Shown here piece after piece: positions 53,759 through 64,000 of a stretch of 64,000 nt of DNA. A model generated the notes under the pieces. It made no database searches. It saw only the letters and a program-made list of their open reading frames with translations, and had not been told where the DNA came from. The first letter of the stretch is position 1. The number at the start of each line of letters is the position of its first letter. The position numbers and the translations under genes are program-made. The stretch spans positions 81,406,001 through 81,470,000 of the forward strand of contig JBITNC010000001.1 of NCBI GenBank assembly GCA_050084985.1. Direction: 5' to 3'. Origin of the DNA: Nageia nagi. Taxonomy: Eukaryota > Plantae > Pinophyta.

Positions 53759-55199
53759 ATTTCATCTATTTTCCCTATTTTTTACTAACCCTAGTTACTG
53801 CTTTATTTTGTGTGGTGCCTCAATATGCATGCATGCAAACATGATCAATTATTGTTAATTTTTAAAAATTCATATTTTATGACCTTTTTAAATCATTTTG
53901 AGTGTCCCCATCCATTTTTGTTGCATTTCATAGCCATTTGTTATGATTTCAAATTTTAGGAATGTAGGTCCCAAATTTTGACCCTAATGAAAATTGGCTA
54001 TTTGATTTGTTGTTTTGATGCATTATTTGAACTTAATTTTTAGATCCATATTATCTTGAATTTCCACCATTATAAATGCAATTTCCATATCAAGTTTCAA
54101 TTCTGTAGCTCACCATTTGTCATCTTTTTGAAAGCCATTTCCAAGGCTACTTGGAAGGACACCTTTTCAGTGCTCACTAAAAGGAGTCACAAGTTGATAA
54201 GTTGCCTCCAATTTTGACTTTCTAAATAGGTCAAATAGAATCCATTTTTGAATTATTTGATCCTTTATTTAATTTATTCAACCTTCTATTGTATCATCCA
54301 ACCTGTTTGTTCAATCATCAATGTGATTGTTTGTTATTATTTATTGAATTTTGTAATTTTTCACTTTTTCAAAAATGTCACTTTTTCTTGGTTTTAGTTT
54401 TGGTCCAATTTTGTTGCATCGTGGTAGTGGTTTGATCATGTTTAGCATTGTGTTTGTTGTGATCAGCATAAATTGGGCTTTTCAAGGAGTGTCTTTTGAC
54501 ATGATCCCACCTCATTTTATGCACTATCTTAGCAAAATTTGGCAACATTTCAGTTTGTTTTTCTTGCTTTTATGTTATCTATCATCATAGATTGTTTTCT
54601 TTTTCATTTGATCATATTTTTACACTATGTTATCATTATTCATTTATCTTCCTTAATGTGGTTGTACTTTTTTATGTTGTCATCTTTTATGTGTTCATTA
54701 TTATGTTCTTTCAATTTTGTTAATCCTTTACATTTGTTTCTTGTATCATCATTTGTTGTTTTACAATCATTTTTGTATATTTTTCCATGTGATCATATGT
54801 GTTCATTTCCTTTTCTATGTTTAAGCATATAAGTTCATTAACCATGTGATGTGATTAACCATACAAGTTCATTTTATGTTCATTTTACATCCATTTATGG
54901 TTGTCTTTTCATTGTGTGATCATTTAATGTTCATTTAAGGCTCACTTTTAGTTTGTATCATTTATCCATTATTCATACACATCATAGTATATCATTAAAC
55001 ACATGCATCATACCATAGTAAATCCATCATAAGCATCATATCGCATCTCATATAAACAATAGTGTGCATCCATACATACATAAATAATAGTGCATACATA
55101 TAGAAACCATCAAAATGTATCATATTACATAAAAAATATCTATGTACATCATATGCTCAGATATACAAAAATAGGCTTGCATAGGTGCCTGGAAAAACC

Positions 55200-57080
55200 C
55201 TCCTAATCAAAACCTATGGCCTTTGTGCCCCCTATCGATAAATCCTATCTATGGGAGGTGGACATCTCACCCAACCCCTCTCCCTCACTTGCCTCTAGTG
55301 GCCTTGATGGCTCACTTGGTATTTGGGGGACCTTGAACACCCTACTAGATGGCTCGAGCCTAGCAGATTAGCTATCACTAGGTTATCGCATGCTCTATCC
55401 AGTTATCATGGTCTTGCTCCTACTCTATGTATGTTATTGGCTCCTACTGCTAGAGATAAGATCAATCATTTAGATCCTTATCATCATGAGATGGCCTTGA
55501 GATGCCAAAATCCTCATTGCCTCCCTCTGCCATGAATCCAATGAAATTTGGTATGTGTATAGGGTTATCATAGCCCCCTCTATCTAAATCCCCCTCTCAA
55601 TAGTAGCTCATCTCTTCCCTATGGGTGTGATTATGCTATCCTTCTTTGTCTATGTACCCATCTTTATGTGTGATACTTGCATCCTTGTTGTAGCTACTAG
55701 CAATGCTATCTATCAATGTCCCTCTGCTAGGGCTGGATCTAATTATTCCTGCAAGTTATCCACATGCACTTGTAATGCATATCCTTATGCCATGATGGCA
55801 TCCCTCTATGTGACTATAGAGTCTCACTTTGTAATAACTATGTCCCTCTAGTGTAGGGTGGCATCATGCTTGCCTAGTGCTCAATCTTGCTTGGTTGTGA
55901 TCTTAGCCTCTCGAGCCTCCTAATCTTTATCTAGAGCTCCCATCACCTCCTCAAAAGCCATCTAATAGAATGACTCATCATCTTAGTTGCTACCCATCCC
56001 TGGTAGCAAAGGCATTCCTCCTACCTATCATACCCCTGCAATGTTGTGTCCTACTACAACTGCTACATCCTACCCTACTATCTCCCCTGCTCCTCCCTAT
56101 TCTATAGCCCCTAGTGAAGGTGGTTCTTATAACACCCCATTGATAACTACCCTCTCCCTTTAAGGAGACCAACATGCATCATACTCATCCATGGTACTAG
56201 CATCATCCATGTTTGGTCACCATCATCGCATCAAGAGCTACCTTTAGCTTGGAGTAGTGTCATCAAGGCACATCTCCCTATGCCTCAACTCTCTTATAAA
56301 GCTTTGGATCTAGTCACTAATCTTATCTAATCCCATCCTACTGGGTAACCCTCTTAAATATGTATACCTTAACATCTTAAGGTCTCTTTCCATGCAAATC
56401 ATGGGATCGATGCACTCATGCCAGCTTCTCATCCTCCTTAGCCCATGTAGGGCCTCCTTTCTAGGACTTAAAGATGACATCCTTAGCTTGTAGAATGGCC
56501 CACATACTATGGTGCCATGTATACATGCCCTTATATGGTCACCACTTTGGAAAATCATGCTCTCTAGCCCATCGACAGGTGTATGGTAACTCTCTCCTTG
56601 CCATGGATGCCTATTGTAAGATAAGCTATGGGGTTATGCCACATGTATGTGCTCCCACACCTAGATCTGAATTAGCAAGGATTTTATGATCCTTACTATC
56701 CCTCTCTACCTATCTACCAACTATTTGTACATATGTTGCATTATGGCTAGTGCCATTTGTAGACCACTACATCCTAAACCACATATCTGACTATGTTTAG
56801 TAGATTCTAAGGTATCTAATACCCATTGGTATTTGGAAGCAAGAATGAGCTGATCACTAGCATGACAATCATCTCTTAGACCATCAGTAGCCCTACCTTG
56901 TAGGTGATGGTGTAGTCCACTCTATCGTGTCCTATGCTAATCATCTACCATCCATCATTAAACATATTATGTATGGTTTGTCTTCTCAAAGAATCCATCT
57001 ATCCTACTCTCCTATAGCCAACTCTATTGGACTTAAGAATTAGGTGGTTAGAGGTCTGTTCTCTCAATGTTGGCATGCCA
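55200..57080 (-). pseudogene. Antisense Plant Mobile Domain (PMD)-like ORF remnant in the Tat 3' region
   Basis: Minus strand reads YKW~LAIMQHMYK*L (~56730-56770, across a frameshift), LLIQI*VWEHIHV (~56640-56680), WAREHDFPKW*PY (~56535-56575). Boundaries approximate. Confidence 0.65.
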
Positions 57081-57869
57081 AATGACATGAGATATTTGAC
57101 CTTTTTGTTTTTATTTTCTTTGCCTTCTAGTTGATGTGTCAATTAGTCAACCATCATGCTAGTCAACCTAACCAATTCCTTTGAGACCAATTAGTTAATT
57201 GGTTCATCATAAGGTAGCTAGTTCCAATTGATCTACAAAAATTCAATTATCCCTCTTTCCTTTATTTGGATTTCTCTCTTTTTCCTCCTCTCTCATCGAT
57301 TGGTTAGATGGTCAAGACCCTCTCCTAGGTCCTTCTCCCATATCCCCACTTGAGGGGGATATCCTCCCTTCACCTCTTGCATGTCTTTTTCATCCTCTTT
57401 TATTAGTCGGCCTATATGTGTGATTTATCCCACATTGGTTGTGCACTTTTCCTTGGTTGAATTCTTATACTTAATGGTCATTCCCTATCCTTAGTTTTCT
57501 TAGTTTTCTCACTACTAATGGGGAAAACTATCCTCATTACCAATGAAGAAGCCAAGAAACCTTTTCTTCTACATCCTCTTTCCCCTTCATGGTCCCTCTT
57601 GCATGTGCATGCTTTGTCATACCAGGCACCCCCATAGGATCGATCCTATTTTTACATTTTAAACACATTCATCTCGCACAATCCTTGATCTTGATCATTC
57701 TTGCACTTTTTGCATCCATAATGTTATCTAGCTTGGTCTCTTGTGCAAGCATCACATGCCTACATGCTATGATCCAATGCTTGGTAGGTTTACATGACTA
57801 CAATTTGCCTCTTTAACTTAGTCTTACATGGCCTTTTGTGTGTTGAAATAAGATTTGATTCATTCTTCT

Positions 57870-58385
57870 AGGATGATCTTATACTACCTATCATGTGTTG
57901 AAACCAGTTCTCATCCTAATCATCTTTTCATTTTCCCTTCAACTATTGGGGCAAACTACAAATTATTTACTTTCATAATCATTTTTATGTTTTCTTTTTC
58001 ATTTTCCCTTCAGCTACTAGGGTAAAGCAGAATCAATGATCTTCTCCCATTTTCTTATTCTTTTAATTTTTCCTTTGACTACTGGGGCAAAGCAAAAATA
58101 ATTTGCTTTCGTATATCTTTCCTTTTTTCTTTTCACCCTTCAACTACTAGGGCAAAGCAAAGATCTTTTACTTTTGTTTCTCATCTATCTAGTTCTAACT
58201 TTTTACTTTTATTTTGTGACCCTTCTCCTTGACTCAGTCTTATATGACCTATCATGTGCCAAAACCAAACTTAGGTCAATCCCATTCAAGATGATCTTAT
58301 ACAACCTATCATGTGTCAAAACTAGCTTTTATCTTGATCACCTTCTCTTTTCACCCTTCAATAGCTAGGGCAAAGCAAAGATTAT
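57870..58385 (+). repeat. Repeat array upstream of the Tat PPT
   Basis: ttt..ccttcaactact(a/g)gggcaaagc-like unit x5 (~57930, 58000, 58070, 58130, 58350); ttata..acctatcatgtg x3. Confidence 0.8.
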
Positions 58386-58872
58386 TTTTGTTTTTTTTTT
58401 TGTCTATTTTGCTTTCATATTGCACACACTACACCTATTTTTGTACCACATGTCACATCTCGCAAACACCAACACAAAAAGGGGCATCTGTACATACCTC
58501 AAAATCATTCATTCATCTACCACAGATGATTTATGATCATTTGACCTATTTTGCAATTCTTTATGATCCCATCATCCCTTCATCTTGTTTCAATTCCATT
58601 CTCATGGTCAATTTTGGTAACTTAAGCCTTTGTTACCATTTTGTGACCTTGGACCCCAATTGACCCACCGATTAGGGGACCGACTGATTGGTTAGGTTAA
58701 AACCCTAACTAGCCCCCCAACTAAACCTATATAAAAGTTAGTTCAAAATTAGAATTCCCAACTCCTTCCATTGACTCACACAAATTTAGAAAAAAGTCCA
58801 TGGTCTAATGAGTTTGTGTGAGCCAATTGTTATGAACATAATACTTGAAATAAAGAAAATAAATAAATTACA

Positions 58873-60399
58873 TTAGACCACTTGTAGTGCCCATCTTGCC
58901 TTATTTGATTTTACTATACGAAAGGGGGCGTACTAAGCTTGCAAAGAACTTGCTCTATTGAAATGCTTCGCAGGATAGTATTCAATGAAGTCTAATTTAC
59001 TTTCCAAGGATAATACTTGAAATGCTTCTCTCTGCTCTTGGTGATGTTGGATCACTGAAAGTTAAATTAGCCTCCCTACGGAACTTAGCTCAAGATAGAT
59101 CGATTTGCATCAAGTTGAATAGGAAGATGATGGATTTAAAACATGGTAAGGGCCTATCGACATATTTTCACCAAAGTTTGTACATGCTTGACCTGGTCAG
59201 ATTGATTGTACGGTGTCCAAATTTTGGGCGCCTGATATACCGAATGAATCTACGAATATATACCTCCCTGTTTGTTTGAGATAGATAAAGTAGCTGCCGG
59301 CCTTTCTATTCACTTTGGTACTACAAAATCTCCCCAGAAAAATGAATATCTCCCCTATCTTTCCCCATAAGGAATGAGAAAATGTTATGGAGGGGAAGGT
59401 ATCCCCAACCAGCAAATGGTGCTCATTTTGAGGCCCACGCATCTCGAATTGTTGAAACCCTAGTAGTCTCTTGCTCCCTATGAATGATGCTTATCCGGAT
59501 TCTTCCTTGGCAAGGGTTTAAATTCATGACAAACTTGCTTATACATCTTGCTCTTGATGGATACGCCCTCCATTGTTGTGCTCTCGATGGACCTGTTGTT
59601 CATGGATATACTTGTATTGACATGAGCTTGGTTGATATACTCCATTAATCATGAATGACTCTTTCTATTTATTATCACATTTTTTAGGAGTTATCAAATT
59701 ATTTTTGCAAGGAAGTTTGTTCTCTCCCCAGGATATAATCCACGCACAAACCTCCATCCCTTTCTTACAACATAAAACGTAAATTCTTCTCTTGAAAATA
59801 GGTGCTATATTGAGGCAATGTTGTATAAGAAATAAACCTCTTATCCGTTATCTTCAATTAGCAGTGAAGATCCTTACATTGTGTTTAGGTTGTATGCATG
59901 GCTCCTCTCACTTGTGTTCTCTGTTTGAAAGACTCACTGCTGGTTATAGGATCAACCCACAAAATTTTTAGAATATATGTTCAACGAATATTGAAAAGTT
60001 TAAGCCGAATTGAAGGAAGGTAATCAAGCTCTAAGATCTCAGCGCATGAGTCATAAGATAACATCCTCCTTCCCAGCTTTGGTTCTGTTTCAAATTTGCA
60101 TTTGCGTAAGAATCTACTAAGTCTTTGCACAATACGTGCTTAATGTAATCCATGAGTCTTCATTATGATGACGCGTATTCTTACTGTAATATTCCTTTGT
60201 GTGGCCACAAAAACTAACAGTATTGTATTTTTATTTCTTTTGTAGTACACCTCTCATGAACCACTTTTAAAAATTTTAGTGGTGCTCCTGTTTCTCTTTT
60301 CATTTTTTTTAGGTGTTTGACTAAATCGATGTAGATCGTAGAATTTCTTTTCTTGTGAGGTTTTTGGTCTTTGCACATTAAGCGCTTAGTGCAATCCAT
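58873..60399 (-). other. Possible decayed orphan ORF (509 codons, 19 internal stops), no recognisable family
   Basis: ORF-track pieces 60214-60399 and 59197-59442 share a frame; in-frame repeat LMDCTKRLMCKD / LMDYIKHVLCKD 246 bp apart. Confidence 0.3.
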
Positions 60400-60825
60400 G
60401 AGTCCACATTTTCAAATTAGACTAGATTTGCAAAAATTTTGAAACATAGGGGGTAAAAGTATTGGGGTAGGTTTTTACATGTATGGGGAAACCGGATATG
60501 TTTTTACCATACAATTTGGGTTAAGGTTGGTGGGTATCTAAAATTTTTAGAAAATGGGGGTTGAAATGGTACAGCATCGTTAGGATACTGGCATCATTGT
60601 TGGCATCAAATCTTTAAAAAAATATCTAAACAACACATCGACGGGCTTAACAAACATGCACGAACTCATAATTTACGAAATCTAAACCACAAAAAAAGCA
60701 AAACATCATGAAAAGCATACATTTTAAATTTCTAGCTTTTAAGTATTACCATTTTATATTTTTGCTATATTTCATGTTACTGATACACTTCTTGTTTGAC
60801 CTTGGTGCATAATCGAGCTTACCTC

Positions 60826-62270
60826 ATGCAATACGAGCCATGTAGTCCAACTATGCACGTGGTCGTAGACTTTTTTCTAACATTGGATGAGAGGGGATAG
60901 CTAGAGGCATCTAGGCTCAACCATTTGAGGGGGATCATGTGCATCTAATGTGACAAGTACTTTATAAATTCCCCTATAGAGCATTGTTGTGATGACACCA
61001 ACATGTTTCACCTACCAATGGGTGAGATTACTATCACCCTTATTGATATCCATCACATTTTGTAGATACTTGTGAAGGGTGCACTTATACAATGGGCTAC
61101 ACTGACTATGGTTGAGATGGAGGATCAATGCTATTGGATAAAAAGGGTGAGGCACTACTAACAGCAGAAGAAGGATGCACTCCTTCATAATACAGTATAC
61201 ATGCCCCCAAAGGAGATTGACTTCACGTGATATTTTAGGCTCTATGTAGTCATTCTTATCGACATTATACTTTCTAGCAATAAGAATCATGAGTGCTTCT
61301 ATACTAGGTTCATTCTCATAGTGTAAGCGATATGCCTTTGCAAGGAAAGATATGCATGGGCACCTTGTATTTTAGCCATGTTACATAGGGATCTTCATAG
61401 TTTTGTATCTATGAAGAAGGGTAGCAAGATTGTTTCCCATTCATTTATTCTTCAAGCCTAGGAATACAAGCATATCAGTGTGGTTTGCACTTATCTTCCT
61501 ATGGTGACATGGGCGAACATGCTTCACTAGTTTCTATGGTAGACAACGAAACGGGTAGGTGTGAATCAAGGATTCAAGTAGTTCCAGAGATTATTAGACC
61601 TTTTGCATAATGTATATTTAGTTTCGAACCCATATTTTGACTTGATTGGTTGGGATGATTCGAATGATGAGCTATCATGGAGAATGAATGCATGCCATAT
61701 CTAGGGTAATAAGCAGGTGACCAAATACTACCATCCACTTTGGGTGTTGAGACACTTCAACTTGACTCAAGATATTCCTATGCCAAGGGTGTGGTCGATT
61801 GTGGCTATAGACTATTACTATTGAGTGATTCCATTAAGGTTCATGATTGTACCAAAGTGGAGCGCAATGGATCGCACTAAAGAAACACACCCCTAGGGTA
61901 CCCACACCTTTTCATTAGTATACTCCCAAGTATCAATGATGTTGGGACACAATGAGGCCTATCCCATTAGGCCTTGAGGATGAGAAGGGGGATGAGGAGA
62001 AGATAGAGATAGTAGGAGAGGATGCCATGGATGTGGGTGATGCTCCACCATGTACTCAACGAATAAATCCATATGCACCATCTTCTTTGAGAGTTGTAGC
62101 TCCTCTGACGGAAACCTCAGATATACCTAGACTCTAGGAATTTGGTTTATGAACCTATTTTTGAGGAGTAATATTGACGATAAATTATTTATGACACAAG
62201 GTTGTATACTCAGATAATGATGCTACAGGCACAGGTGGTAAGCCTACACTTACAATTAAAGGCTCAGGAT
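60826..62270 (+). pseudogene. Plant Mobile Domain (PMD, aminotransferase-like) ORF remnant
   Basis: DTNMFHLPMGEITITLIDIHHIL (~60995-61060, THTFHLPxGEMTITLxDV motif), YAWAPCILAMLHRDL (~61350), LILQA*EYKHI (~61445), acidic tail. Confidence 0.85.
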
Positions 62271-62569
62271 GACTAGATAGGTATCCTATAGATAGAGACA
62301 CTATAGGTGCTTCCACATGTGATGCGACACCAAGAGTTTAAGAGGCTCCAAAACCTGATCACACTGAAGGATAATCAACTCCTTCAATTTATACATACAT
62401 TAGCTACTATATCTGCTAGTCAGTCAAGGTTTAGGTCCAGGAGTAGGACCCAACATCCATTTTTGGGTCAGAGTTCCCATGGGGGAAACTAGATTTATGT
62501 ATCAATGATATATTTTGTTATGGATTTATTATAGAAATATGTTTTATTACCTGTGGATACATGATATAG

Positions 62570-62573
<4 letters not shown>

Positions 62574-62648
<75 letters not shown>

Positions 62649-62690
62649 GTCTATGTATATATGTATGTATGTGTGTGTGTGTGTGTGTGC
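62574..62690. repeat. (TTA)n microsatellite followed by (TG)n
   Basis: ~24 perfect TTA units at 62574-62645; TG run at ~62670-62689. Confidence 0.98.
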
Positions 62691-63399
62691 ATGCGCATGT
62701 GCATTTGGTTATGCTATGATGTTTGCTTTTTAATTCATTAGAACTATGTTTGAATTTTGATATGTTCATTTTAATTTTTTGCAAGTAAAATGAAATACAA
62801 CAAAGATAAACTAATAAGGGATAAACATGTGAAGTCTAAATTTTGAACCACATATTTAACAAAGATAAGCTTAAAATGATCAAATACATGATAAACAAGT
62901 TATACACATGATAATTTCATTAAGCATGATCATACGAAAGATGAGAAAAAAGAGAAAAAATCACATCAAATTTGAACATAATAGAGTGGTAGTGTTGGAA
63001 TACAGCGGCATCGCTCATGTAAGAGGAAAAACTGGGTACTCAAGGAATATACACAGCACAACCTAATTAACAAAAAAAGACCTAAAATTCAACAAAGGAA
63101 AAGAGAAACACATTTTATAGGCTAGTATCTAATTCATTAAATTTACTACATATTTTACTAGAAAGATATGGAAAAGGGTAAACATATACACATTTTCATA
63201 ATAAAGTGCATAAATGGAAGATGTGAGATCAAAATTTTGACTAAATAATTCTACAAGAAGAGTGGCAACATTGAATTCTAATGCTATTGCCTAGTTATAG
63301 GAATGGGAAAACATACAATTTAACATGATTCATTGCAAAATAGGACTAAAAATGAAAAAGAAGAATACAAAAGGGAAATATGATAAAACATTGTATGAA

Positions 63400-64000
63400 A
63401 TAGCCCAAACACCATCAATATGAAGGATTATACCTGGAACTGGAGGTTATTAAGCTTCTTGTTATGGTTGTGGTTATGGGATTCTCACATTATTGGTCTA
63501 TAATTTCTTTCCATCATCATCAAGTTTCGCTTTTTTGAATTATGGAAATGGATTGTTGAATATTATTAGCCTTTGATTTTGAGGATGTATCAGACTATCA
63601 TATACTGGTTTAAACTTGTGTTGCTACAAAATTTCATCTGAAACTTCATGGTCAAATTTAAATTTACACTTGTTAGGTAACTCTTGGATTATAGTTTTGA
63701 GATGACTACATTCTTTTGTGGCATGATCGACTCTTGTATGGAAATTACAAAAGAGGCGTACTTGATAGTCTTGAGGTTTTATGTAGGGGGGACCTTTCAT
63801 TGGTGGATAATGGACCAAGTTCATGGATACTAATGCATCTAAGACCTCACTAATATCCTCATGGAACTTAGTATACTACCTATGTTTTTTAGGTTTCCAA
63901 ACTTTGATATCATCATGGTTGATACAAGCTATCATTTTCACTTCAAGCTCATGGTGATAGGTCTTTCAAGGTTTATTAGGAGAGGATAAGGTTTGGACTA
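63400..64000 (-). pseudogene. C-terminal part of a Tat/Ogre-type gag, running off the window
   Basis: FCNFHTRVDHATKECSHLKTIIQEL (CxxHx4Hx4C knuckle) followed by LIIFNNPFP, paralleling LGVYQNPF at ~41400 in the Tat element. Confidence 0.8.

Larger units (their letters stand above)
36527..58774 (+). mobile_element. Large Tat/Ogre-like Ty3/gypsy element; 3' LTR truncated; contains nested CRM-like element
   Basis: 5' LTR starts TGTAGACACC at 36527 (probable end ~38555, tttttgcatctac). 3' LTR starts TGTACATACC at 58489 after PPT aaaaaggggcatc and matches the 5' LTR up to 58774. Confidence 0.88.

Noticed and set aside
54375-54832. Hydrophobic ORFs as an env-like gene
   Set aside because: T-rich low-complexity 3' region yields F/L/I-rich translations; no long ORF or conserved motif.
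62515-62784. Poly-Tyr and poly-Ile ORFs
   Set aside because: Translation artefacts of the (TTA)n and (TG)n microsatellites.

Overview
AT-rich plant nuclear DNA, probably from a large gymnosperm-type genome (inference from the TE lineages and heavy C->T decay). There is one intact host gene: a compact 6-exon FORKED/VAN3-binding-protein-like gene (DUF828 + PH-like domain, 7860-9708, +, 377 aa predicted). Almost everything else is nested, decayed transposable elements. Left of the gene: two CACTA right ends (1287, 2703) and an L1-type LINE relic. Right of the gene: an old, apparently non-coding minus-strand LTR element (11204-27631) hosting two Ty1/copia elements, one of which carries a TIR transposon in its gag; further copia and gypsy relics; a gag-less Reina-like chromovirus; and a large Tat/Ogre-like gypsy (second RNase H, antisense Plant Mobile Domain ORF) containing a younger CRM-like element. 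At the right edge is a pol-less module: minus-strand gag end, plus-strand PMD and a possible divergent orphan ORF, whose left junction carries pseudoknot-like crossed inverted repeats. All coordinates and alignments were read by eye and all family calls come from motif recognition, not database searches.
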